Shown: positions 36,009 to 45,700 of the stretch, piece by piece
How positions within the stretch are numbered: the stretch's first letter is position 1
How the letters are laid out: each line of letters opens with the position of its first letter
Source: an uncultured Eubacteriales bacterium
GTDB taxonomy: Bacteria > Bacillota > Clostridia > Christensenellales > CAG-138
Direction: 5' to 3'
DNA: 64,000 nucleotides
Assembly (NCBI GenBank): GCA_902797145.1
Contig: CADBRR010000020.1
Coordinates: forward strand, 13,725-77,724
The notes under the pieces: generated by a model
Database searches by the model: none
Told to the model about the DNA's origin: nothing
The model's input: only the letters and a program-made list of their open reading frames with translations
Translations under genes and position numbers: made by a program

Positions 36009-37154
36009 TTATTCTTCATTCAGCAAGTAGACCCTTTTTGTTCTATCCGTAACAAGGCAAGTTATTTCGTAATTTATAGTGCCTGTTTTTTTTGCAACTT
36101 CTTCAGCGGTCATACCATCTCCGCCGAAAAGTGTTACCATATCGCCACGCTTAACATCGCTGCCCGTCACATCAACCATGAGCATATCCATACAAATTGC
36201 TCCGACCTGGTTATACTTTTCGCCATTTATAACGACGAACAATCTGCTTGAAAGCCTGCGTGGTATTCCGTCAGCATACCCTGCTGTTATTACAGCAGAT
36301 CGCATATCCCTCTCAGCCATAAAAGCCCTGCCATAGCTTATAGTAGTTCCTGCTGGGAGATTTTTAACCTGCGCAACCCTTGCTTTAAGCGTCATTACAG
36401 GCCTAAACTTACCGTTCTTTCTTATTACATTATCAGGATACATTCCATAAAGAACAACGCCTTCACGAACCATATCGCATTTTGCCTGCGGATAGTTTTC
36501 TATTGCTGCTGTATTATTCATATGATATGTATCAAAAACTATTCCGTCCTTTTCAAGCCCGTCAACAACACGCATATAGTTTTCTACCTGCCAATCCGTA
36601 TATTCCTTTTCATCGGGCATATTTGCAGCGGCAAAGTGCATATACATTCCGTTCACGTTTAAATTTTCAAGCTTTATTATTCGCTTCACAGCCTCAATAG
36701 TTTCAATGCAATTATCCTCGCCCTGAGCAAACAAGCCTGTTCTTGACATACCTGTATCTATTTTGATATGAGTATTTATCTTAACGCCTGCCTGCCTTGC
36801 CTGTTCATCGAGTTCTATTGCATATTCTTCATCGACTATTGACTGAGTAAGATTGAACTTCGAAATAAGCTCAACACAGCTTGATTCAGTGTATCCCAAT
36901 ATGAGAATAGGTCTTGTTATTCCGCCTTCACGAAGCTCCAACGCTTCATTTATGCACGCAACAGCAAAAGCATCTGCGCCATGCTTTTCAAGATGATTTG
37001 CGCATATAACTGCGCCATGACCATAAGCGTTTGCCTTTACAACGCACATAATTTTTTTGCCCGATTTCTTTACAGTTCTAAAATTATATATGAGCGCATC
37101 TAAATCTATCTCCGCCCACGTTCTGCAAGTGTCAGAAATGCCATATTTATCCAT
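36009..37154 (-). CDS. alr: Alanine racemase
   Basis: 381 aa with the PLP-lysine motif VVKANAYGHG and the C-terminal pattern typical of Alr. Confidence 0.9.
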   Translation of the reverse strand: MDKYGISDTCRTWAEIDLDALIYNFRTVKKSGKKIMCVVKANAYGHGAVICANHLEKHGADAFAVACINEALELREGGITRPILILGYTESSCVELISKFNLTQSIVDEEYAIELDEQARQAGVKINTHIKIDTGMSRTGLFAQGEDNCIETIEAVKRIIKLENLNVNGMYMHFAAANMPDEKEYTDWQVENYMRVVDGLEKDGIVFDTYHMNNTAAIENYPQAKCDMVREGVVLYGMYPDNVIRKNGKFRPVMTLKARVAQVKNLPAGTTISYGRAFMAERDMRSAVITAGYADGIPRRLSSRLFVVINGEKYNQVGAICMDMLMVDVTGSDVKRGDMVTLFGGDGMTAEEVAKKTGTINYEITCLVTDRTKRVYLLNEE

Positions 37155-37253
37155 AACAAGTCTCCTTTCTCATAATATTATGTTGGTATGAGTCGGATAA
37201 TGACTACCCGACTCACATTTTTCCGATAATCAATAATTATTAACTATTTCCTA

Positions 37254-38246
37254 CTACTGTCTGCCGATTGTAGCAACCATTACAGCCTTGATAGTATGCA
37301 TACGGTTTTCAGCCTCGTCAAATACTACTGAATGCTTTGAACGGAATACTTCGTCTGTAACTTCCTGTTCTTTGAGACCATACTTTTCATAGATTTCACG
37401 ACCAACAACTGTTTCAAGGTCATGGAATGACGGCAAGCAATGGAGGAAAATAACTTCCGGATTGCCTGTCTTCTTGAGCATATCCATTGTTACTCTGTAA
37501 GGTTCGAGCATCTTAATTCTCTGTTCAAACTGGTCTTCTTCGCCCATGCTTACCCATACGTCTGTATAGATTACATCTGCGCCTTCAACTGCATCGATTG
37601 ATTCTGAGAATGAGATTGTTGCACCTGTTTCCTTAGCAACTTCACGCATTTCTGCAACGAGGTCTTCTGCGGGGAAGAGTTCCTTGGGAGCGATACCTAC
37701 AAAATCCATACCCATCTTTGCAGCGCCAATCATGAGTGAGTTACCCATATTGTTTCTTGCATCGCCTACATAAACGAACTTAACCTTATTGAGGGGCTTA
37801 TTAACGTGTTCCTTGATTGTGAGGAAGTCAGCAAGAATCTGTGTGGGGTGATACATATCTGTAAGACCATTCCATACGGGAACGCCTGCGTGCTTTGCAA
37901 GAATTTCTACTGTTTCCTGCTTGAAACCACGGAATTCGATACCGTCATAGAATCTGCCAAGAACCTTTGCTGTATCTTCCATTGATTCCTTCTTACCCAT
38001 CTGGCTGTTTGAAAGGAATGTAACGCCAGCGCCTTCGTCCATAGCTGCTACTTCAAATGCGCAGCGTGTACGTGTTGAAGTCTTTTCAAAAAGGAGAACT
38101 ACGTTCTTGCCTTCGAGGAGGTTGTTCTTGATGCCAAGACGCTTTTTCATTTTGAGTTCTGCTGACAAATCAAGAAGATAATTGATTTCAGCGGGTGTGA
38201 AGTCTTTGAGTGTCAAAAAATGACGGCCTTTGAGATTTACGGACAT
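37254..38246 (-). CDS. argF: Ornithine carbamoyltransferase (ArgI/ArcB-like)
   Basis: [13 protein letters not shown] and HCLPSFHD motifs. The C-terminus [19 protein letters not shown] resembles enteric ArgI/catabolic OTCs. Confidence 0.9.
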   Translation of the reverse strand: MSVNLKGRHFLTLKDFTPAEINYLLDLSAELKMKKRLGIKNNLLEGKNVVLLFEKTSTRTRCAFEVAAMDEGAGVTFLSNSQMGKKESMEDTAKVLGRFYDGIEFRGFKQETVEILAKHAGVPVWNGLTDMYHPTQILADFLTIKEHVNKPLNKVKFVYVGDARNNMGNSLMIGAAKMGMDFVGIAPKELFPAEDLVAEMREVAKETGATISFSESIDAVEGADVIYTDVWVSMGEEDQFEQRIKMLEPYRVTMDMLKKTGNPEVIFLHCLPSFHDLETVVGREIYEKYGLKEQEVTDEVFRSKHSVVFDEAENRMHTIKAVMVATIGRQ

Positions 38247-38287
38247 AATTCAATGTTCCTTTCTTTAAATTATTTTTATTTTGTTTT

Positions 38288-39355
38288 TTAATTTATATAG
38301 GTTTTATAAACGTACTCGCTTGTAAAACCTTTGAGTACTGCACCATATGTCATCTTAAAGCAAACGGTGTCTCCAATATTATAACTTTTTGTTGCTGTAA
38401 GGTCAATAAGCAAATGATCAGAGCTTGCGCCAAGTATATCAATTTTTTCATCGAGGCACGTTAATCCATCGATATCCATATCCTGTCTGCCAATCGCAAG
38501 TATAGCCCTTAACATCATTCCCTTATCTACAAACGATACTTCTTCGCCGAACGCATTTACGCCTGTATTACCAATAGGCATACTCGGCTTTATTTTCATC
38601 TCTACTATCTGTGCTTCGAGTATTACTGCATCGTCATAAAGCCCTTCTATCGTTTCGCAAGCGGCAGTATCCTGTCCGAGAACAACCGACTCACCGAGCC
38701 TCAAATTCGTTATTCCATCGGGTATTGTGCCTTCTCTGAGCATTGTAAGCGATGACGAATTTCCGCCCGAAACAAGCGGAAGCTCGATATTATATTTTTC
38801 TCTTATCTTGTTTGCTATTTCAATAAGCTTTCCAAGATTTTCCTTGCTCGGAAGTATTGCGCCATAGCACGTAAGGTTTGTGCCTATTCCATAAAGTTCA
38901 AGGTTTTCCTCGTTCATAACTGCATCGCAAGCCTGGAAAATAAGCTGTTCGTTTTCAAAGAACACGCCTTCCCTCAAATCGCCAAGGTCTATCATAAGAA
39001 CGACTTTATGGTTCTTGCCTGCCTTTCTTGCAGCTTCGCCGAGCAGTTTTATAGTCGTAATCTCGCTTTGAAGTGAAATATCTGCATATTCAACTACCTT
39101 ATCAACTTCGCTTGGCATAGCAATCCTTATAAGCATTTTGGGCTTTTTAAATTCCTTGCACCTTTCAAGGTTTTTAATCCTTGAATCGGCAATAAAGTCA
39201 GCTTCGCTCTCATCAATAATCTTTACAAGCTCCTTATCAGCACAGAAAACCTTTGTTACGGCAGACACTGTAATTCCCTTTGCGTGCGCCATTTTAACGA
39301 GCTTATTTAGATTATTTCTGAATTTTTCTCTATCAACTATTATTCGTGGAAACAT
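38288..39355 (-). CDS. PLP-dependent amino-acid racemase of the YhfX/ornithine-racemase-like family (alanine-racemase N-terminal fold)
   Basis: 355 aa with VSAVTKVFC (PLP Lys) and a TIM-barrel plus beta-domain layout. Substrate is not determinable from sequence alone. Confidence 0.7.
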   Translation of the reverse strand: MFPRIIVDREKFRNNLNKLVKMAHAKGITVSAVTKVFCADKELVKIIDESEADFIADSRIKNLERCKEFKKPKMLIRIAMPSEVDKVVEYADISLQSEITTIKLLGEAARKAGKNHKVVLMIDLGDLREGVFFENEQLIFQACDAVMNEENLELYGIGTNLTCYGAILPSKENLGKLIEIANKIREKYNIELPLVSGGNSSSLTMLREGTIPDGITNLRLGESVVLGQDTAACETIEGLYDDAVILEAQIVEMKIKPSMPIGNTGVNAFGEEVSFVDKGMMLRAILAIGRQDMDIDGLTCLDEKIDILGASSDHLLIDLTATKSYNIGDTVCFKMTYGAVLKGFTSEYVYKTYIN

Positions 39356-39382
39356 ATTTACTCTCCGCTTTTAAACTCACTT

Positions 39383-39418
39383 GTGTATGCCCTAAAAAAC
39401 GGGCATACACGATTTTTT
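39383..39418. terminator. Strong hairpin after ileS; the T-run is on the plus-strand side
   Basis: gtgtatgccc-taaaaaac-gggcatacac is a 10-bp perfect stem. gatttttt follows on the plus strand, but only aagtgagttt follows on the minus strand. Confidence 0.55.
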
Positions 39419-39421
39419 AAT

Positions 39422-42400
39422 TTAGCAAACCTTTACGCCAAGCGTTACGCTTTCGCCATTGATATCCCATTCCTTAACGAAACCGTCTGCGCCCTTATTC
39501 ATCTCGTTTGCGAGCGTATCAGCCATAATATCGCCCTTATACTTTTCGATAATAGCGTCTATCTTTTCGCTGCCGTTATAGCTTATAGCGATATGGTCAG
39601 TTACCTCAAATCCTGCATCCTTACGCATTGTCTGTATCTTAGATACAAGTTCACGAACGAAGCCTTCTTCGATAAGTTCATCTGTCAATGTTGTATTGAG
39701 TACAACGCTCAAATCCCTATCGCTTTCAGCAACAAAACCATCACGCTGCATAGTTTCAACAAGCACATCTTCGCTTGAAAGTGAAACGTGTGTTCCCTCG
39801 ATATCAAACTCGTAATTTTCGCCTGCTTTATGCTTTGCAACTACTTCGTTACCGATATTTTCGCCCTGCAAATATGCGTTTATCTTCGGCAAAACCTTAC
39901 CGTAACGTGGTCCCAATGTTTTAAGCTGTGGCTTTACCCTATATGCGATGAATCCCGACGCATCTTCCATAAACTTAACGCACTTAACATTAAGTTCATC
40001 AGCGATTATTGATATGAACATTTCGGGAAGATTTCCGCCCTGAACGAACATTTCGCCGATAGGCTGACGGTTCTTGATATTTGCAGTATTTCTTGCGCTT
40101 CTGCCAAGAACTACTATCCTCAATACTTCGTCCATATTCTTTTCAAGTTCCTCGTCAATATATGAGTCATCTGCAACGGGAAAGTCACAAAGGTGAACGC
40201 TTTCGGGAGCTTTTTCATCAACGCTCTTTACTATATTCTGATAGATTTCCTCTGTTATGAACGGAACAAACGGTGCTGCGAGCTTTACAAATGTTGAAAG
40301 AACAGTATAAAGTGTCATATATGCAGCTTCTTTATCGTCCGTCATTTCGCTGCCCCAATATCTTTCACGGCAACGGCGAACATACCAATTTGACAAATCA
40401 TCAATAAATCTCTGCAATTCCCTGCCACCCTCAGTTATCTTGAGGTCATTGAGGTCGCTGTCAATTTCCTTTACAAGGCTATTAAGTCTTGAAAGAACCC
40501 ACTTATCCATTGCGGAGAGGTTTTCCTTTTTAAGGCTATGTTCTGTCGGATTGAACTTATCAATTTCAGCATACAGTACATAGAACGCATATGTGTTCCA
40601 CAAAGTACCCATAAACTTACGCTGTGATTCTGATACAGCAGTATCCGAGAACCTTGACGGCAGCCATGGCATTGAATTTGTATAGAAATACCACCTTACA
40701 GCATCTGCGCCCTGCTTATCAAGAACGCTCCACGGGTCAACAACGTTGCCCTTATGCTTTGACATTTTCTGTCCGTCCTTATCCTGAACAAGACCCAATA
40801 CGATACAGTTAAGGAATGCAGGATCATCGAACAAGCAAGCAGCAATTGCGCTCAGAGTATAGAACCAACCACGTGTCTGGTCAACAGCTTCGCTGATATA
40901 GTTTGCAGGGAATCTCTTTTCAAACTCTTCCTTATTTTCAAAGGGATAATGCCACTGTGCAAACGGCATTGAGCCTGAATCGAACCAACAGTCAATAACT
41001 ACCGGTTCCCTCTTCATAGTGCCGCCACATTCAGGGCACTTGAACGTAATCGGATCGAGGAACGGTTTATGAAGCTCAGTATTTACCGGTGCGCCTGTCA
41101 ACTCGTGAAGCTCTTCACGGCTTCCCATAACGTGGATATGACCGCATTCTGAGCACATCCATACAGGCAATGGAGTTCCCCAATATCGTTCTCTTGAAAT
41201 ACCCCAATCTATTACATTTTCAAGGAAGTTGCCCATTCTGCCATCTCTGATTGATTCAGGCAACCAATTTATCTTTCTATTATTTTCAAGCAGTTTATCA
41301 CGAACTGCTGTCATCCTTATGAACCAGCTTTCTCTTGCATAGTAGATAAGCGGAGTATCACATCTCCAGCAGAACGGATAGCTATGTTCAAATTCAAGTG
41401 TCCTAAACAGCTTACCGCTTGCTTTGAGTGTCTTTATAATTTCCTTATCTGCCTTTTTGCAGAACATACCGTCCCACGGTGTTCCGCCTGTCAAGCAACC
41501 CTTGCTGTCAACGAGCTGTACGAACGGCAAATCCCATTTTCTGCCAACTCTACCGTCATCTTCACCGAATGCAGGGGCGATATGAACGATACCTGAACCG
41601 TCTGTCAATGTTACATAATCATCCGATACGATTCTAAAACCTTTCTTGCCCTTATGATTTACCGGGAAGTCAAACAACGGTTCATATTCTATATTTTCAA
41701 GTTCTTTGCCCTTGAATTTTTCAATTATAACAGCATTTTCGCCAAGAACCTTTTCAACGAGTGCTTCAGCCATAATAAGCTTTTCGCCCTCAAATTCTAC
41801 CTTAACATAATCTTCATCAGCATTTACGCAAAGCGCAACGTTTGACGGAAGCGTCCAAGGCGTAGTAGTCCATGCAAGGAATGATGCATCGCCATTTACC
41901 ATTGGGAATTTAGCAAATACAGATGTTTCCTTAACATTCTTATAACCCTGTGCTACTTCGTGTGATGAAAGCGCCGTTCCGCATCTCGGACAATAAGGTA
42001 CTATCTTATGACCTTTATAGAGTAATCCCTTTTCATAAATCTTTTTAAGTGCCCACCATTCTGACTCGATATAGTTATCATCGTATGTAACGTACGGATT
42101 TTCCATATCTGCCCAATAGCCTACACGGTCGCTCATGCGTTCCCACTCGCTCTTATATTTCCATACGGATTCTTTGCATTTCTTGATAAAATCTTCAACG
42201 CCGTATGCTTCGATCTGTTCTTTGCCATCAAGACCAAGCATCTTTTCAACTTCAAGCTCAACCGGCAAACCATGTGTATCCCAGCCTGCTTTTCTCAATA
42301 CATCGTAACCCTTCATTGTTCGGTAGCGAGGTATAATATCCTTCATAGTTCTTGTGAGGATATGTCCGATATGCGGCTTTCCGTTAGCCGTTGGTGGGCC

Positions 42401-42535
42401 ATCGAAGAATGTGAAAGGTTCTTTGCCCTTTCTCCATTCCATGCTCTTTTCAAAAATCTTGTTTTCTTTCCAGAAAGCTAAAACTTCCTGCTCTCTTGAT
42501 ACGAAATCAAGTGTCGTACTAACTTTCTTGTACAT
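39422..42535 (-). CDS. ileS: Isoleucine--tRNA ligase, type 2 (long, eukaryote-like C-terminus)
   Basis: 1037 aa with HIGH-type PHIGH and KMSKS (KMSKHKGN). Preceded by an Ile-specific T-box. Confidence 0.95.
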   Translation of the reverse strand: MYKKVSTTLDFVSREQEVLAFWKENKIFEKSMEWRKGKEPFTFFDGPPTANGKPHIGHILTRTMKDIIPRYRTMKGYDVLRKAGWDTHGLPVELEVEKMLGLDGKEQIEAYGVEDFIKKCKESVWKYKSEWERMSDRVGYWADMENPYVTYDDNYIESEWWALKKIYEKGLLYKGHKIVPYCPRCGTALSSHEVAQGYKNVKETSVFAKFPMVNGDASFLAWTTTPWTLPSNVALCVNADEDYVKVEFEGEKLIMAEALVEKVLGENAVIIEKFKGKELENIEYEPLFDFPVNHKGKKGFRIVSDDYVTLTDGSGIVHIAPAFGEDDGRVGRKWDLPFVQLVDSKGCLTGGTPWDGMFCKKADKEIIKTLKASGKLFRTLEFEHSYPFCWRCDTPLIYYARESWFIRMTAVRDKLLENNRKINWLPESIRDGRMGNFLENVIDWGISRERYWGTPLPVWMCSECGHIHVMGSREELHELTGAPVNTELHKPFLDPITFKCPECGGTMKREPVVIDCWFDSGSMPFAQWHYPFENKEEFEKRFPANYISEAVDQTRGWFYTLSAIAACLFDDPAFLNCIVLGLVQDKDGQKMSKHKGNVVDPWSVLDKQGADAVRWYFYTNSMPWLPSRFSDTAVSESQRKFMGTLWNTYAFYVLYAEIDKFNPTEHSLKKENLSAMDKWVLSRLNSLVKEIDSDLNDLKITEGGRELQRFIDDLSNWYVRRCRERYWGSEMTDDKEAAYMTLYTVLSTFVKLAAPFVPFITEEIYQNIVKSVDEKAPESVHLCDFPVADDSYIDEELEKNMDEVLRIVVLGRSARNTANIKNRQPIGEMFVQGGNLPEMFISIIADELNVKCVKFMEDASGFIAYRVKPQLKTLGPRYGKVLPKINAYLQGENIGNEVVAKHKAGENYEFDIEGTHVSLSSEDVLVETMQRDGFVAESDRDLSVVLNTTLTDELIEEGFVRELVSKIQTMRKDAGFEVTDHIAISYNGSEKIDAIIEKYKGDIMADTLANEMNKGADGFVKEWDINGESVTLGVKVC

Positions 42536-42564
42536 AGCATTTCCTTTCCTGTTCTATCTATAAT

Positions 42565-42846
42565 ATCAAATAAAAATAACGCAATCATCATACAGGACGA
42601 AATGCGTTTTCCGTGGTACCACCTGAATTGTAATAATCATAATAAACATTATAACTTTACCGCTCATTTTCCTTTAACGCAGGAATACGTACAACATTAC
42701 AACTAATAAAATATGTTTTATAGCTTCACATCATCGCTCACAGGTGATATTCATTTTCCCGAACTGTACCGCACTCACACCAACTGCGGCTCGCTTAACC
42801 TCTTGGGAAACTACTTGTCCCGCTCATCGCTTTACTATCAATATCT
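42565..42846 (-). promoter_or_regulatory. T-box leader, Ile specifier (AUC), with a terminator/antiterminator
   Basis: Minus strand shows, in order: stem I (AGCGAUGAGCGGG...), distal GGUGUGAGUGCGG, specifier region GAAUAUCACC, T-box AAUUCAGGUGGUACCACGG, and a terminator aacgca..tgcgtt+AUUUUUAUUU. TTGCAA-17-TATAAT promoter at 42881-42853. Confidence 0.85.
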
Positions 42847-42939
42847 TTTTGTATTATAACATATAATTCCAACTATTGCAAACATTTTATTTGTCGTAAA
42901 ATAAAAAGAGTTGAAAAAAATCCAACTCTCAAGCTTTAA

Positions 42940-43794
42940 TTATTGTTTCTTCCTCTTAAACAATATGCCAATACATTCGGGGCCGCAATGCGTTGCAACC
43001 GTACAACCTGCGTGTGTTTCAAGCACCTCATCAAACTGTGCAAGCTCGTTTACAGTCTGCTTTACAAGTTCAGGAATATTGCTTCCTTCAAGGCAAGTAT
43101 GTGTAATAAAAATCCTGCTATAATCTATATCGTCTCTATCTTTAAGCTTATCCGTAACATATTTCTTTACACAGCTTGCATATTTTCCGATATATTTTTT
43201 GCCTACTATCATTCTTCCGTCAACAACGTTTATATTCGGTTTAAGCGACAATGCCTTTGCGCCAAGTGCGGCAACAGATGAACATCTCCCGCCCATTTTA
43301 AGATAATCGAGCGTATCAATAACAAAGCTTGCTTCAACGAGCGGAGTTGTTTCGTCAAGCACACGCTTAATCTCGGCAGGGTCAACCCCGTTCTGCGCCA
43401 TTATTGCGCCGTCAAGAACAATATGTCCGCTGCCTGTTGAAAGGTTCATGGAATCAACAATATAAACATGCTCAAACTTTTTTGCTGCAAGGCACGCATT
43501 CTGATAGCATGACGAAAATTCATGGCTAATATTTATATGAACTATTGCATCATAACCTTCTGCAAGTATTTTTTCAAAGAACTGTTCATATGTATACTGA
43601 TTAACAGCCGAAGTCTTGCTTATTTCTCCGCCATTTGATACATGATTGAATATATCTATTGGTTCCAAATCGACACCGTCTGAATATACAACCCCGCCGA
43701 GCGTTACATTAAGCGGCAATATCGTTATATTATATTTTTCAACAAGTTCCGGCGAAAGATCGCAAGTGCTATCAGCAGTAATCTTTGTTTTCAT
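42940..43794 (-). CDS. DegV family fatty-acid-binding protein
   Basis: MKTKITADSTCDL...; DegV pattern. ATG at 43794 has a GGAGA RBS and is preferred over the TTG at 43821. Confidence 0.88.
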   Translation of the reverse strand: MKTKITADSTCDLSPELVEKYNITILPLNVTLGGVVYSDGVDLEPIDIFNHVSNGGEISKTSAVNQYTYEQFFEKILAEGYDAIVHINISHEFSSCYQNACLAAKKFEHVYIVDSMNLSTGSGHIVLDGAIMAQNGVDPAEIKRVLDETTPLVEASFVIDTLDYLKMGGRCSSVAALGAKALSLKPNINVVDGRMIVGKKYIGKYASCVKKYVTDKLKDRDDIDYSRIFITHTCLEGSNIPELVKQTVNELAQFDEVLETHAGCTVATHCGPECIGILFKRKKQ

Positions 43795-43955
43795 ATACGC
43801 ATCTCCAATATATTTTTTCAATTTATTTTAACAAATTGAACGATATTTTGCAATATCTATCCGACAATATATTACATTAACAAAATTAACTGAAAATAAA
43901 TTTAGCGAACTTTTCGCACAAATCGAAAAATCCGCATAATTTCTAATTTTTTCAA

Positions 43956-44969
43956 TTATTCTTTATAGCCATTCGGGTTATTTTTCTGGAAATTCCACGA
44001 ATCCCTGCACATATCCTCTATATCGTGCTTTGCATACCAATTAAGCACCTTATTTGCCTTTGACGGGTCGCCATAGTATTCGTCAATATCGCCCGGTCGC
44101 CTTTCAACAATCTTATAAGGAATATCAATATTATTGACTTTCATAAAAGCGTTCACGAGCTGCAAAACGCTTGTTCCCTTACCTGTTCCGAGATTGAACG
44201 CTTCGCTACCTACAAAATCTTTTCCGTATTCAAGCGCTGCGATATGCCCCCTTGCAAGGTCTGAAACGTGGATATAATCACGCACACCTGTTCCGTCAAC
44301 AGTATTATAATCGTTTCCGAACACCCTCAAATACGGAAGTGTTCCTACTGCAACTTTTGTAATATAGGGCATAAGGTTATTCGGAATACCCGACTGATCT
44401 TCGCCAATCATACCCGATGCATCTGCGCCGATAGGATTGAAATATCTAAGCAAAATTACCGACCAATCGCCTCGTGCAGTTGCTTCGTCACGCAAAATCT
44501 GTTCTATCATATATTTTGTCCAGCCATATGGGTTTGAACAATATCTTCTTGCATCTTCAGGAATAGGTGAAAAATCAGGAACTCCATATACAGTAGCAGA
44601 TGAACTGAATACTATTCTTTTTACATTATGCTTTTCCATTGCATAGCATAACGAAATAGTTGCATCAATATTTGTTTCATAATAAAGCAACGGTTTTACG
44701 GAAGATTCGCCAACAGCTTTAAGCCCTGCAAAATGCACAACGCTGTCAATATCGTTTTCTTCAAAAACCTTATCAAGCTTTTCGCCATCTCTTATATCTA
44801 TTTGATAGAATTTTATATCCTTGCCTGTGAGTATCTCAAGCCTTTTTACCGCTTCATAGCTTGAATTTATAAGGCTATCTGCAATAACAACATCATAGCC
44901 TTCCCTGAGAAGTTCGAGCGCTGTATGTGAACCTATATATCCTGCACCGCCTGTTAATAATACTGACAT
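43956..44969 (-). CDS. galE: UDP-glucose 4-epimerase
   Basis: LLTGGAGYIGSH, SSSATVYG and YGWTK (YxxxK) motifs; 337 aa. Confidence 0.93.
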   Translation of the reverse strand: MSVLLTGGAGYIGSHTALELLREGYDVVIADSLINSSYEAVKRLEILTGKDIKFYQIDIRDGEKLDKVFEENDIDSVVHFAGLKAVGESSVKPLLYYETNIDATISLCYAMEKHNVKRIVFSSSATVYGVPDFSPIPEDARRYCSNPYGWTKYMIEQILRDEATARGDWSVILLRYFNPIGADASGMIGEDQSGIPNNLMPYITKVAVGTLPYLRVFGNDYNTVDGTGVRDYIHVSDLARGHIAALEYGKDFVGSEAFNLGTGKGTSVLQLVNAFMKVNNIDIPYKIVERRPGDIDEYYGDPSKANKVLNWYAKHDIEDMCRDSWNFQKNNPNGYKE

Positions 44970-45142
44970 AAAACAATTCTCCTTTCAATGTTTGTCGGAA
45001 AGTTAATCAATTAGAAATTAGAAATTTTTGTTTTGATTGTATTTAAATATGCTAATTACAACACTATTCAAATTATTTTTCCGTATGAAAAATTTCCTGA
45101 ATTTCTCATTTCTTATTTCGCTTGTTCCGCTCCCCTTAACTA

Positions 45143-45700
45143 TTATTTCTCGTAAACCGACCTTTTAAGAACGCCAACATACGGAAGATTTCTATACATC
45201 TGCGCATAATCAAGGCCGTAGCCAACAACAAATTCGTTTTCGATAGTAAATCCGCAATAATCGGGTTTGATATCAACACCTTCTCTTCTGCCTTCGGGTT
45301 TATCGAGCAAGCATACGATTTTAAGCGACTTGGGATTTCTCGTCATAAGAATCTTTTTAAGCTCGCTCAAAGTATAGCCTGAATCAATTATATCCTCTGC
45401 TATTATAACGTTTCTGCCCTCAATATTGCAATCCAAATCTTTCTTTATCTCAACTAAGCCCGAGGTCGAAGCGTTATTGCCATAGCTTGAAACCGTCATA
45501 AATTCAAGGTTTGCCCTCAAATCCATATTCCTTGCAAGGTCTGCAAAAAACATAACTGAGCCTCTGAGAATACAGATAAGCACTATCGGCTCATCATCTT
45601 TATAATCCTCTGTTATCTGTTTTCCAAGCTCTCTTACACGTTCTTTAAGCTCCTGCTCGCTATGGAGTATTCTTTCAACATCTTCTTCCATTCTCTTCAT
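45143..45700 (-). CDS. hpt: Hypoxanthine phosphoribosyltransferase
   Basis: VIIAEDIIDSGYTL PRPP motif. The ATG at 45700 forms an ATGA overlap with the tilS stop. The longer ORF-track start lies inside tilS. Confidence 0.9.
   Translation of the reverse strand: MKRMEEDVERILHSEQELKERVRELGKQITEDYKDDEPIVLICILRGSVMFFADLARNMDLRANLEFMTVSSYGNNASTSGLVEIKKDLDCNIEGRNVIIAEDIIDSGYTLSELKKILMTRNPKSLKIVCLLDKPEGRREGVDIKPDYCGFTIENEFVVGYGLDYAQMYRNLPYVGVLKRSVYEK

Noticed and set aside
39383-39778. 131-aa plus-strand ORF starting in the ileS terminator
   Set aside because: It is antisense to the 3' end of ileS and starts inside a hairpin, so it is most likely spurious.
45011-45030. Short tandem repeat tagaaat x2 upstream of galE
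   Set aside because: There are only two copies in AT-rich intergenic DNA, which is consistent with chance.
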